DNA of 41,741 nucleotides from a virus (taxonomy: Duplodnaviria > Caudoviricetes): positions 1 through 41,741 of the IMG/VR virus record IMGVR_UViG_3300044836_000052. The stretch is one strand, 5' to 3'. Both the position numbers and the translations under genes were made by a program. This document shows positions 1 to 8,181 of this stretch, one piece after another (position 1 is the stretch's first letter; each line of letters begins with the position of its first letter). The notes under the pieces are model-generated. The model made no database searches. It was not told the DNA's origin and saw nothing but the letters and a program-made list of their open reading frames with translations.

Positions 1-77
1 GGTGCCGCACCCCACCCGAAGGATCTTCGACCCTGGGGGTGGGGGTAGGCGCCTCGCAGCCTCCGCTGGCTGGTCGC

Positions 78-99
78 ACACTGGCACGCGGCTAGGCGC
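78..99 (-). promoter_or_regulatory. Putative late promoter element (CTAGCC-N6-CAGTGT) pointing across the genome end toward TerS
   Basis: Minus strand GCGCCTAGCC GCGTGC CAGTGT has the same architecture as four copies upstream of late genes. Confidence 0.55.
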
Positions 100-178
100 G
101 TGGCGTCGGTTGACCGGCCTTCGGTGAGCGTGAGTGGCTGGCGTGCCGTAACGCCGTTATGTGCGAGGGGGGTGGGGG

Positions 179-463
179 TCATCGTCGTTGTCCTCCGTTG
201 CTGCGTCCTCCGTCGAGGCGGCCGTGGCAGTGGCGGCAGGCGGTGATGACGTGGTCGGGGGTGTTCGGGTTGAGGCCGGCTGCTTCGAGCTGGTCGTGGG
301 TGTGGGGCCAGTGGGCGAGGGTGAGGCCCTTGCCTTTGGGCCCGTCGCCGGGGTGCCCGCAGAGGACGCATCGGTAGCCGTCGCGCTGGAGGACCGTGGT
401 GCGCAGGGATCCGCGCCATGCCCGGGTGTGGCGGTAGGTGCGTTGGCCTGGGTTACTGGGCAT
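179..463 (-). CDS. HNH endonuclease (packaging-associated, HK97 gp74-like position)
   Basis: MPSNPG...W..LR..VLQRDGYRCVLCG...AH...CRHCH. Last gene before the genome end and TerS. Confidence 0.8.
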   Translation of the reverse strand: MPSNPGQRTYRHTRAWRGSLRTTVLQRDGYRCVLCGHPGDGPKGKGLTLAHWPHTHDQLEAAGLNPNTPDHVITACRHCHGRLDGGRSNGGQRR

Positions 464-944
464 CGGCTGGTCCGGTTCGTCGCTTGGTGTTGCGGCGGGC
501 GGCGGCTGCTTTGCCCTTGTCGCTGTGCCAGTAGCGGAGGCGGCGTGCTCGTTCGCGGTCGACCTTGGCTGCTTCTGCTCGGCGGTCGTCGTCCTCGCAC
601 ACGGCGCAGATGCCGCTGGGTTGCTGGGGGTGGCGGGCGCAGCGGGGGCAGAGGGGGCGGTCGAGGTTGGCGTTGCGTTCGGCGAGCCACTCGATGGCGA
701 GGTCGACGTCGCTGGGTGGGCGGCCCTTGGTGTTGGCCTTGATCCAGTCCTCGAGGTCGGTGGCGTGGAAGCGGTAGCGGTTGCCGATCTGGAGGGAGGG
801 CAGGACGCCGGCGCGGGCGAGGTAGGTGACGTGCTTTGGGGTGAAGCGCAGGATGCGGGCGACGTCGGCGGGGGTGAGCAGCTCTGTGGCGATGGGTTCA
901 CGCTCGATGGTGGCTAGACGCCTCCTCTGTCCGTATCCGCTCAC
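453..944 (-). CDS. Excisionase-like HTH DNA-binding protein with C-terminal Cys4 zinc finger
   Basis: LLTPADVARILRFTPKHVTYLARAGVLPSLQIGNRYRF (HTH_17-like), then CPRC-x10-CAVC. The GTG start overlaps the WhiB stop (GTGA). Confidence 0.75.
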   Translation of the reverse strand: MSGYGQRRRLATIEREPIATELLTPADVARILRFTPKHVTYLARAGVLPSLQIGNRYRFHATDLEDWIKANTKGRPPSDVDLAIEWLAERNANLDRPLCPRCARHPQQPSGICAVCEDDDRRAEAAKVDRERARRLRYWHSDKGKAAAARRNTKRRTGPADAQ

Positions 945-1234
945 GAGATTTTCCGGGCGACGATCTGGTCTCGCTCGTCGGGTGTGAGGCCGCCCCAGAC
1001 GCCGTACTCCTGGCGGCTGTCGAGGGCCCAGATGGCGCACTCGCGGCGGACGGGGCAGCTGCGGCAGATGGCCTTGGCGTCGGCCTGGTCGTCGGGGTTG
1101 TCGGAGAAGAACAGGTCGCCCTGGTCGGATGTGCAGCTGGCGTGGACGTGCCAGGCAGGGCGGATGGTGCGGAGGGCCTCGGCGAGGGGCGCGGGGTAGG
1201 GCGGCGGTGAGGTCGCGCCGTGGGGTCGGCTCAT
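941..1234 (-). CDS. whiB: WhiB-family transcription factor
   Basis: W....SC...DLFF...AKAICRSCPVRREC...EYGVWGGLTPDER: four Cys plus the GVWGG motif. Confidence 0.95.
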   Translation of the reverse strand: MSRPHGATSPPPYPAPLAEALRTIRPAWHVHASCTSDQGDLFFSDNPDDQADAKAICRSCPVRRECAIWALDSRQEYGVWGGLTPDERDQIVARKIS

Positions 1235-1452
1235 TCGGGGAGGACCTTGCGGATGGCGAGCACGCTGGTCCAGGGGACGATCCAGAGGTCGTCGCTGGAG
1301 GCGAGCAGGACGCGCAGGACGAGGGGGACGCCGTCGGCGGTGTAGATGGCGTCGACGAAGGTGCAGGGGGTGGGCCGCACGCCGGCCTGGAGGATCTCGA
1401 TCTTCTCGCCGGCGGTGACGCCGACGTGCGTGAGAAGGTCGGTGGAGGTCAT
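1231..1452 (-). CDS. Small hypothetical protein, possible Sm/SH3-like beta barrel
   Basis: 73 aa, coupled overlaps on both sides, beta-rich, ends LWIVPWTSVLAIRK. Confidence 0.6.
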   Translation of the reverse strand: MTSTDLLTHVGVTAGEKIEILQAGVRPTPCTFVDAIYTADGVPLVLRVLLASSDDLWIVPWTSVLAIRKVLPE

Positions 1453-1916
1453 GCGGGCGTTTGGGTCACGGTGAGCGTGGTGGTGGCGGTGATGGCCGCG
1501 CCGTCGGAGCCGTAGATGGTGTCGGCGAGGGTGGCCTCGAGGTTGGCGTCGCTGTCGAGGCCGGGGATGCGCGCCGCGTAGGTGGCGAGGCGGCGCTGGA
1601 TGGCGGTGGAGCGCGTGACGACGTCGGGGTCGGCGGCGTCGTCGGAGATGCCGGCGGTGACGGTCGCGGTGTCGACGGCTTGCTCGGCCCACTGGACGGA
1701 GATCTGGTGGTCGTCGGCGTAGACGAGCTCGTCGCCGTCGACGCCGAGGGCGCGGTGTGCGGTGCGCGAGAGCCAGATGGCGAGCCAGGGGGTGTTGTCG
1801 GCGCTGAGGCCGGCGGGTGGTGCGTGGCGCCAGTCGAGGTACTCGGGGAGCGTGACGTGCTCGAGGAGGTCGGCGGCGATGGCGTCGATGAGGTCGGTGG
1901 GGTCAGCGGTCGGCAT
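1449..1916 (-). CDS. Hypothetical protein resembling a tail terminator/completion protein
   Basis: 155 aa, AGGAG RBS. N-terminal helix DLIDAIAADL, PWLAIW strand, C-terminal ATTTLTV strand. Confidence 0.5.
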   Translation of the reverse strand: MPTADPTDLIDAIAADLLEHVTLPEYLDWRHAPPAGLSADNTPWLAIWLSRTAHRALGVDGDELVYADDHQISVQWAEQAVDTATVTAGISDDAADPDVVTRSTAIQRRLATYAARIPGLDSDANLEATLADTIYGSDGAAITATTTLTVTQTPA

Positions 1917-1939
1917 GGCGGGTGCTCCTGTTGGTGGGC

Positions 1940-2130
1940 ACCCTGTCCCTGCACCGTGAACGGTTCAGGGTCATGGTGCACGGGTGGGTGTCGGCAGGCT
2001 CCTGCACCCTGAACCTGCCCGGACCCCTACGGGGTCCGGGGACAGGGTCCGGTTCAGGGTGGTGGAGGCCGGTGGCCGACCTCGGCGGTTCGGGGTGGCG
2101 TTCAGGGTGTTCAGGGTGTTGGTTCAGGGT
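1940..2130. repeat. Putative replication origin: GTTCAGGGT iterons and central hairpin
   Basis: GTTCAGGGT at 1963, 2052, 2100, 2109 and 2122. Inverted copy at 2006-2014, variant GTTCGGGGT at 2088. Perfect hairpin CCCGGACCCC-TAC-GGGGTCCGGG at 2018-2040. Lies directly after the helicase stop. Confidence 0.75.
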
Positions 2131-2132
2131 CA

Positions 2133-3689
2133 TCAGAACTCGGGCGCGGTCCGCTCGGGAGGGAGGTCGAGGGTGTCGGCCGGGGCGGTGGCGGGGTCGC
2201 TGGCGAGGCTGTAGTAGAGGCCGTTCTTCGCGCCGGGCCGCTCGCGCAGCAGGCCGTCGCGGACGAGCTTGGTGAGCGCGACGTAGATGGTCTCGCGCCG
2301 GTAGCTCGAGCCGTAGACGGCCTTGAGCTGCGTCGGGACGTTGGACCGGGAGAGCTCGGCCGGGTGGTCCTGGAAGAGGCGCATGACGGCCTCCATGCAG
2401 TTCGTCGGGCCCTCCCACTCGCTGTCTTCCTTCCGGGTGACCGGGGTGGTCTCCCAGGTGAGCCGGCGGCCTTCGTCATGGGGGGTGATGTCGATGTCGG
2501 CGGCCGCTTCACCGACGGCGCCGATGTAGCCGTGGCGGTCCTTGCTGATCGTGAGGCGCAGCTTCGACGGCTCGTGCTTGGAGAGCGGGCTGATCGACTC
2601 GAGCTGGTAGGCGGCGCCGTCGACCGCGCCGAGCTTGGCGCCGGAGCCTCTCGCCCACCGGTTGCGGCCCTCGGTGCTCTTGGTGACGTGGTCGAGGAGC
2701 AGGACGCAGGCGCCGGTCCACGACAGGGGGCGGGGCACGGTGGTCCACCAGGCGAGCACGCCGGCGGCTTCGTTCTCCTCGTGGCCCTGCATGGCCATGG
2801 CGTCGGCGACGCCGTCGATGACGACGAAGTCAGCGTTGAGCCGTGCGGCGAGGCGGGGGAGGTGGGCGAGGCCGCGGCTGGAGAGGGGCCCGGGGCGCTT
2901 GTAGTGGAACCGGTCGATGATGACGTCCTCGGGGACGCCGAGGTTCACGAGGCGGCGCACGATGCGCCGTGGGGCGTCTTCGTAGTCGAGGTAGAGGACG
3001 ACGCCGCCGGCGACGAGCACCTGGACGACGGCCATGAGCGCGATCCAGCTCTTGCCGAGGCTGGGTTCGCTCTGGATGACGTTGACGGCGGCGGGATAGA
3101 GCAGGTGGACGCCGTCGTTGCGGGCGAGGACGGTGGGGATGTCCTCGCGGTCGTCGGCGAGCGCGGCGGCCATGTCCTCGAGCTCGAGCTCGTCGGCGCC
3201 GGCGTGGGCTTCGGCGGCGGTGAGCCGCTCGATGATGTCGCCGGTCGGTTCGCCCTTGCGGGCGCGCTCGACGAGGTCGGCGCCGGCGGCGACCTGCCAG
3301 CGGCGCCGGGCGTGGTCGCGGACGATGTCGGCGTACTTCGGGGCGGAGCCGGTGAGGCCGGGCGCGCCCTGGAGCGCCATGAGCTTCGTGTTGCCGCCGG
3401 CGAGGTCGAGTAGGCCCTGGTCGCGGAGGAACGCCTGGACGGTGACGATGTCGGTGGGCTGGCCCTCGAGGTACAGGGCGAGGATCGCGGCGGCGATGGT
3501 GCGGTGGCCGGGGGCGTAGAAGTCGTCGGGGCCGAGCGTGGCGAGCGCGTCGGCGGATGGGCGGTGGAGGAGGGCGGTGCCGAGCAGCGCGGCTTCGGCG
3601 TGCTCGTCGTAGGGGAGGGGGCGCGCGCCGTTGGAGCCCTCGGCGGGCTCGTCGCGCGTGGCGCGCCGCTCGGCGGTCGCGGCGGTCAG
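2133..3689 (-). CDS. Replication protein: DnaB N-terminal domain + RecA/AAA_25-type helicase + C-terminal winged helix
   Basis: LPYDEHAEAALLG...DFYAPGHRTI (DnaB_N), Walker A SEPSLGKS, VLYLDYED, Walker B FVVIDG, LLLDH..K...RGSGAK. The start is inferred at a CTG. Confidence 0.85.
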   Translation of the reverse strand: MTAATAERRATRDEPAEGSNGARPLPYDEHAEAALLGTALLHRPSADALATLGPDDFYAPGHRTIAAAILALYLEGQPTDIVTVQAFLRDQGLLDLAGGNTKLMALQGAPGLTGSAPKYADIVRDHARRRWQVAAGADLVERARKGEPTGDIIERLTAAEAHAGADELELEDMAAALADDREDIPTVLARNDGVHLLYPAAVNVIQSEPSLGKSWIALMAVVQVLVAGGVVLYLDYEDAPRRIVRRLVNLGVPEDVIIDRFHYKRPGPLSSRGLAHLPRLAARLNADFVVIDGVADAMAMQGHEENEAAGVLAWWTTVPRPLSWTGACVLLLDHVTKSTEGRNRWARGSGAKLGAVDGAAYQLESISPLSKHEPSKLRLTISKDRHGYIGAVGEAAADIDITPHDEGRRLTWETTPVTRKEDSEWEGPTNCMEAVMRLFQDHPAELSRSNVPTQLKAVYGSSYRRETIYVALTKLVRDGLLRERPGAKNGLYYSLASDPATAPADTLDLPPERTAPEF

Positions 3690-4174
3690 GTGGGGACCTC
3701 CGCCGGCGTGGTTCGCCAGCGCGTCTCGTGGTGGCGCTCGCGCCCGACGTCGTGCATGTAGCCGAGGAGGTACTCGTGGGCGTGGCTGAACGTGCGCAGC
3801 CATCGGTCCTGCCCGGGGCGCCAGCCGCGCCACTCGAGGTACGTGGGGAGGGGCGGCCCGTAGGTGCGGCTGGAGCGGCGGGTCTGGACGGCCCAGACGA
3901 TGTCGTCGACGTGGCGACGCTCGGGGCGCGACTCGGTCTCGCAGGTGGCGAGCAGCTCGCCGAGGACGTTGCCCTCGCCGTGCCAGCTCTTCGCGCCGAA
4001 CCTGCAGTGCTCGTAGAGGTCGGCCTCGTCGCTCGTGCACCAGGCGCGCCCGCGGTACGGGCCGGGTGCGGCGAGCGTGACGGCGTAGGTGCCGTCCTCG
4101 GCCTTGATGGTGACGTTGCCGCGGCGGCTCAGTCGATCGAGGACCAGCGCGGCGTTCGGCCGGTCGTCAGCCAT
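3686..4174 (-). CDS. Hypothetical protein
   Basis: ORF in the coupled minus-strand operon with normal composition. Confidence 0.65.
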   Translation of the reverse strand: MADDRPNAALVLDRLSRRGNVTIKAEDGTYAVTLAAPGPYRGRAWCTSDEADLYEHCRFGAKSWHGEGNVLGELLATCETESRPERRHVDDIVWAVQTRRSSRTYGPPLPTYLEWRGWRPGQDRWLRTFSHAHEYLLGYMHDVGRERHHETRWRTTPAEVPT

Positions 4175-4358
4175 GACGTGCCGCCTTCTGTGCGTCGCGG
4201 TAGTCGCCGACGGCGTCGGCCAGGTGCTCGACGTTGCCGGTAGTGCCGGCGGCGAGGAACGCCTCGACGACGGTGGCGAGCACGTTGGCCTTGGCGCGCT
4301 CGGTGTTGCGGCGCACGAGCTCGGCCGAAGGCCCGGTGGGTTCGCCCCAGCCCATCAT
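4167..4358 (-). CDS. Hypothetical protein
   Basis: Short ORF overlapping its neighbours, GGAGG RBS. Confidence 0.6.
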   Translation of the reverse strand: MMGWGEPTGPSAELVRRNTERAKANVLATVVEAFLAAGTTGNVEHLADAVGDYRDAQKAARHG

Positions 4359-4723
4359 CGCCTCCCGCCGCAGTGGGTCTTGTGCCAGGCCGACGAGTCA
4401 GGGTGTCTCGACCCGCACTTCTCGCAGCCGTCGGGCGTGACGCCGCGCGCCTTCAAGACCCACATCGCCTCCTGCAACGCGAGGCGCACAACGGCGACCT
4501 GATCGTCGGTGCGATAGCCCTTCTCGACTAGGTGGACGAGCAGAAACGTCGTGTCGGCCAGCCGGTCGAGGGCATCGAGCGCATCGCCCTTGAACTTGCT
4601 GAGAAGTCCACACGCCGCGCAGCGGTGGAAGTGGCGGTTGTTCGTCTCCGTGCACGCCACGTCGCTCGAACCGCACGACGGGCAGCGGAGCGCACTCCGC
4701 CGCCGCTCGGCCTCAGTCGCCAT
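4355..4723 (-). CDS. Zinc-ribbon protein
   Basis: CPSC-x15-HRCAAC and a second CEKC...H..HC cluster. Confidence 0.65.
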   Translation of the reverse strand: MATEAERRRSALRCPSCGSSDVACTETNNRHFHRCAACGLLSKFKGDALDALDRLADTTFLLVHLVEKGYRTDDQVAVVRLALQEAMWVLKARGVTPDGCEKCGSRHPDSSAWHKTHCGGRR

Positions 4724-4910
4724 CGGCCAGCCTCCGCAGCTCGGACGCTATGGCTCGCTTCTCGTTGGCGGCGTTGACGGACAGCGGGTCCATCGTCGTG
4801 CACGACTGGCCGGCGGCACGCTTGGCGCGATGCCAGATGACGTCCGCCTCGGCGGCGAGGACGTCGGCGCGGGCATGGAGCTCGACAGTCGTTATGGCCG
4901 GTTCGGGCAT
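4713..4910 (-). CDS. Hypothetical protein
   Basis: Short ORF in operon with AGGAG RBS. Confidence 0.55.
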   Translation of the reverse strand: MPEPAITTVELHARADVLAAEADVIWHRAKRAAGQSCTTMDPLSVNAANEKRAIASELRRLADGD

Positions 4911-4911
4911 C

Positions 4912-5094
4912 TCACATCTCCTGGGGTGGGATCGCGTCCATGTCGGGGCGCTCGGACAGGTCGACGTCGAGTGCCAGAGCGGCCCAGCAGACGCGCAGCT
5001 CCTCGTCGGTGTGCTCGTCCTCGTAGCGGCGGCACATCGGGCACCAGTCGCGCATCCACCCCTGCGCCTCGGGATACATCCGGTCGCCGTTCAC
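4912..5094 (-). CDS. Small hypothetical protein (CxxC...H...C)
   Basis: GTG start overlapping the upstream stop. WCPMCRRYEDEH...C. Confidence 0.55.
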   Translation of the reverse strand: MNGDRMYPEAQGWMRDWCPMCRRYEDEHTDEELRVCWAALALDVDLSERPDMDAIPPQEM

Positions 5095-5648
5095 TTGATC
5101 GTCTCCGCTTCGAAGGCCTGCGGGAACGCCACCGGCCACGGCCAGTCGTCGCGACGGCACAAGAACCTGGCCTCGAAGTCGACCGGCCACCCGTGCGTGT
5201 TCGCGGACCAGCCCTGGGGCACCTTCGTCGTCCACGTCGGCACGAGCCCCGCGCCGACGAGCAGCGCGCGGAGCGTCCGCACGTCGCTGGTCCAGCGGTG
5301 TTCCCACCCGTCGGGGACGCCGCCCTTGACCGTGTAGTGGGTCCACTGGACCGACTCGACGGCGCTGGCTCGCTCCATGTCGGGAGCGGAGATGTAGAGG
5401 ATGCCCTTGGGCATCATCACGCGGCGTAGGTCAGCGAGCGCGGCGGGGACCTGCTCGAGGTCGATGTGCTCGATGAGGTGCGAGCACTGGACGTACTCGA
5501 AGGCGCCGTCGCGAAACGGCAGGCCGGGCAACATGGCGCGGACGTCGACCGGCCATGCCTTGGCGTCGGCGTAGAGAAACGTGGGGCTGCCGGTGCGTGC
5601 GCCGCTGCCGATGTTGAGCGCTGTGTGCTTCGTGGGGGGCTCGTTCAT
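5091..5648 (-). CDS. Class I SAM-dependent methyltransferase (Methyltransf_11-like)
   Basis: LNIGSG motif I, LPFRDGAFEYVQCSHLIEH, LRRVMMPKGILYISAPD. Confidence 0.85.
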   Translation of the reverse strand: MNEPPTKHTALNIGSGARTGSPTFLYADAKAWPVDVRAMLPGLPFRDGAFEYVQCSHLIEHIDLEQVPAALADLRRVMMPKGILYISAPDMERASAVESVQWTHYTVKGGVPDGWEHRWTSDVRTLRALLVGAGLVPTWTTKVPQGWSANTHGWPVDFEARFLCRRDDWPWPVAFPQAFEAETIK

Positions 5649-5794
5649 CGGCGGCCGCCGATGATCAGCAGGCGCAGGCGGTACCGCCAGTAGTCGAACT
5701 GCGCTCGGAGCGCCGGCCGGCATCGGCACGGGTCGTGCGTGCAGTGGAACCCGTGGGCGAGGCTCGGGCCGTCGTTCGCCTTGAGGTCGCTCAT
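5645..5794 (-). CDS. Small hypothetical protein
   Basis: 49 aa with ATGA overlaps at both ends. Confidence 0.5.
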   Translation of the reverse strand: MSDLKANDGPSLAHGFHCTHDPCRCRPALRAQFDYWRYRLRLLIIGGRR

Positions 5795-6135
5795 CGGCGC
5801 TCCACGTCCTCGTGCCGGCTGATGCGGTACAGGTCGTCGACGCGGGCGCGCTCGGCGTCGAGCCACTCGCGCAGCACGCGGACCTCCGTGGCGGCGTGGG
5901 AGGCGTCGCCCTGCCACTTCGCGATCGCCTCGGCGAGGACCTCGAGCGAGGAGCGCGGGAGGAGGATGCCCGGGGGCCGGGGGCCGGCCTCGCCGTCGAG
6001 GACGGTGAGCCAGGTACCGTCGTCCATGAGGTAGTCGTGGGTGCCGTCGTGGCGGTTGCGGGCGACGACGAGGCGTATCTCGTTGCGCTGGAGCGTCTCC
6101 CAGCTGTCGACGACGTGGGCCTTGAAGCCGCTCAT
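5791..6135 (-). CDS. Hypothetical protein
   Basis: ATGA-coupled ORF with GC3-rich codons. Confidence 0.7.
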   Translation of the reverse strand: MSGFKAHVVDSWETLQRNEIRLVVARNRHDGTHDYLMDDGTWLTVLDGEAGPRPPGILLPRSSLEVLAEAIAKWQGDASHAATEVRVLREWLDAERARVDDLYRISRHEDVERR

Positions 6136-6443
6136 CGGCCGGCGTCCTTCGGGACCACCTCGAGATGGTGGATCGGGAGGCCGCCCCAGGTGCTCATCCA
6201 GAGGGTGGCGCCCTGGGCGAGCGCGGCGACCTCGATCTCGTCGAGCTGGTAGGCGACGTGGAAGATGACGCCGCGCACCGGCACGCCGTCGTCACGCTCA
6301 ACGACGATCGGCGCGACGAGAGCGGGGCACGGGATGACGTCGGGGCCCTCGTGGGGGCCGCCGATGGTCTTGGCGACCTGCTCAGCACCGTCGCGCTCGG
6401 TCCAGAAGGCGGCCTGCGCGTCGGTCGGCTCGACGGGATTCAC
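6132..6443 (-). CDS. Hypothetical phage protein
   Basis: GTG start with GGAGG RBS. ...YQLDEIEVAALAQGATLWMSTWGGLP. Confidence 0.7.
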   Translation of the reverse strand: MNPVEPTDAQAAFWTERDGAEQVAKTIGGPHEGPDVIPCPALVAPIVVERDDGVPVRGVIFHVAYQLDEIEVAALAQGATLWMSTWGGLPIHHLEVVPKDAGR

Positions 6444-6586
6444 GGGCGACCTCCGAGGGCGTGGCGGATGAGCGCGGCGGTGACCGCGGCTGCGCCGGCG
6501 AAGAGCGCCGTGAGGGTGGCGGCGGCGCCGACCACGAGCACGACGCCGGCATGCCGGCTCGGCGACATCTCGAAGGGGCGCGTCAT
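6440..6586 (-). CDS. Small membrane protein (not in ORF track)
   Basis: MTRPFEMSPSRHAGVVLVVGAAATLTALFAGAAAVTAALIRHALGGRP. Fills the gap with 4-nt overlaps. Confidence 0.6.
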   Translation of the reverse strand: MTRPFEMSPSRHAGVVLVVGAAATLTALFAGAAAVTAALIRHALGGRP

Positions 6587-6993
6587 CGGCGCGCCGCCGG
6601 CGTGGCGGCGTCCTCGTCGGTGCCGCGCTCGTGGATCGTGTACGGGTCGCGGCCGGGCCCGTGGTTCGGGGCGTAGGGGCGTTCGCCGTCAATCTGGAAG
6701 AACTCGCACGTCTCGTGGCGCTCGACGAGGAGGACCTGCTCGAGGAGCCAGCGGCGCCATGCGCGCTCGTCGTACGCGGCGGGCGGGACCGGCATGTAGT
6801 GCAGGACGCCGCGGCGCCGCTCGGGGTTGTAGGCGTCGGGGCCGACGACTCGGATGATGAGGGTGAGGCCCTCGCTGCCCTGGCCGCGGTCGAGGTCCTC
6901 GAGTGAGAAGGCCCAGCCGCCGCGGTACTCGATCTGGTCGACGAGCTTGTAGAGCGCGACGGGGTGCGGCGCGGTCTGGGTCATGGGCTTCAT
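6583..6993 (-). CDS. Hypothetical actinophage protein
   Basis: LVDQIEYRGGWAF...PDAY...PVPPAAY...WRRWL...VERHETCEFF...P.HGPG.DPY. Confidence 0.75.
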   Translation of the reverse strand: MKPMTQTAPHPVALYKLVDQIEYRGGWAFSLEDLDRGQGSEGLTLIIRVVGPDAYNPERRRGVLHYMPVPPAAYDERAWRRWLLEQVLLVERHETCEFFQIDGERPYAPNHGPGRDPYTIHERGTDEDAATPAARR

Positions 6994-7352
6994 GGGCGGA
7001 TGCTCCTGACGAGGTGGCGGGCGCGCCGGGCGGTCGCCGTGGTGCGCGGGAAGGGGTCGATGTGGGGCAGCGGGTTGCGGTCGGGTCGTGCCCATGGGCG
7101 CAGCCACCGGTTGACGAGCTCGGCGGCGATGAGCTGCACCATCGGCGGGTCGTCGGCGAGCGAGCGGGGGATGACCTGGGTGCCGGCGTAGGCGACGAAG
7201 CCGAGGTTCTGGCGTACGACGACGACGGGCGCGAGCGCGGTGAAGTGGCCGCCGTAGCCGAGGTAGTAACTGGTCTCGATGCGGACGGTGACGTCGCCGG
7301 CGACGTCGGGCGGAACGCCGGCGACGAGCGTGAGCTCGGGCACGGGCGGCAT
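6990..7352 (-). CDS. Hypothetical protein
   Basis: Coupled ORF in operon. Confidence 0.6.
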   Translation of the reverse strand: MPPVPELTLVAGVPPDVAGDVTVRIETSYYLGYGGHFTALAPVVVVRQNLGFVAYAGTQVIPRSLADDPPMVQLIAAELVNRWLRPWARPDRNPLPHIDPFPRTTATARRARHLVRSIRP

Positions 7353-7657
7353 CAGCTGGTCGCCGCGAGGAGGAACCGGGCGGTGTGCGCGAGCACGGTG
7401 GCGAGGCCGAGGGCGTCCTCCGGGGACATGAGGAGCCGGACGGTGACCTCCTCGTCGGAGTGGTTCCGGCGCGCCGGCCACTCGAGCGCGACGGCGCGCT
7501 GGTAGCCGGACCCGTCGCGCCGCATCGTCTCGACCGCGCCGGTCTGGTAGTCGCCGACGGCGGAGAGGAGCCAGTCGGTGCCGCGCAGGTCGAACATGGC
7601 GGCGATGAGCGGCCCGGTCGGGTCGTCGGGCAGCGGGCGGATCGGGTCCTCGGGCAC
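7352..7657 (-). CDS. Hypothetical protein
   Basis: GTG start after AGGAGG, overlaps the RuvC stop. Confidence 0.65.
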   Translation of the reverse strand: MPEDPIRPLPDDPTGPLIAAMFDLRGTDWLLSAVGDYQTGAVETMRRDGSGYQRAVALEWPARRNHSDEEVTVRLLMSPEDALGLATVLAHTARFLLAATS

Positions 7658-8181
7658 TAGGCGACCTCCTGGTCGTAGAGCGTCGGCCAGGGAAGGCCCT
7701 TGAGCGACGTGATGAGCGGCGGGAGGCCGGGGTGGCGGTGGTACCAGGCGATGCCGGCGGCGCGGAGCAGCCAGGCGTCGGCCTCGTCGTGGTTCTGCGC
7801 CGGCGAGCCGAGCAGCTGGGCGCGCTCGAGCATCTGGGCCTTGGTGGCGTTGCCGGTACCGGCGCCCCACGCCTTGAGCGACTTCGGCGGGACGGCGATG
7901 TAGGGGACGTTCAGCTCGTAGAGCTGGAGGCGTACGACGCCGCCGAGCTCGGCGATCACGGCGGCGGTGGCGCCTTGGCGGCCGCCGAGGCTGTAGCCCT
8001 CGAGGACGACGAGCTGCGGGCGGCCGGCGGCGAGGCGGAGCCGGATCTTGGAGCCGATCTCGTGGAGGCGGGCGGCGGGGTCGTGGGCGCCGTGCTTGCT
8101 GGTGATGCTGATGGTGCGGCCGTCGGGGAGCGCGAGGCCGGTTCGTTCGGTGGAGAGGTCGAGGCCGGCGATGCGGATCAC
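7657..8181 (-). CDS. RuvC-like Holliday junction resolvase
   Basis: IAGLDLS..TG, VVLEG, ELGGVV, P..LK...G.GNATK..M, HDEADA catalytic pattern. Confidence 0.9.
   Translation of the reverse strand: MIRIAGLDLSTERTGLALPDGRTISITSKHGAHDPAARLHEIGSKIRLRLAAGRPQLVVLEGYSLGGRQGATAAVIAELGGVVRLQLYELNVPYIAVPPKSLKAWGAGTGNATKAQMLERAQLLGSPAQNHDEADAWLLRAAGIAWYHRHPGLPPLITSLKGLPWPTLYDQEVA

Noticed and set aside
1940-2130. Repeats as a mini-CRISPR array
   Set aside because: Units are 9 bp with irregular spacing and one inversion, which fits iterons.
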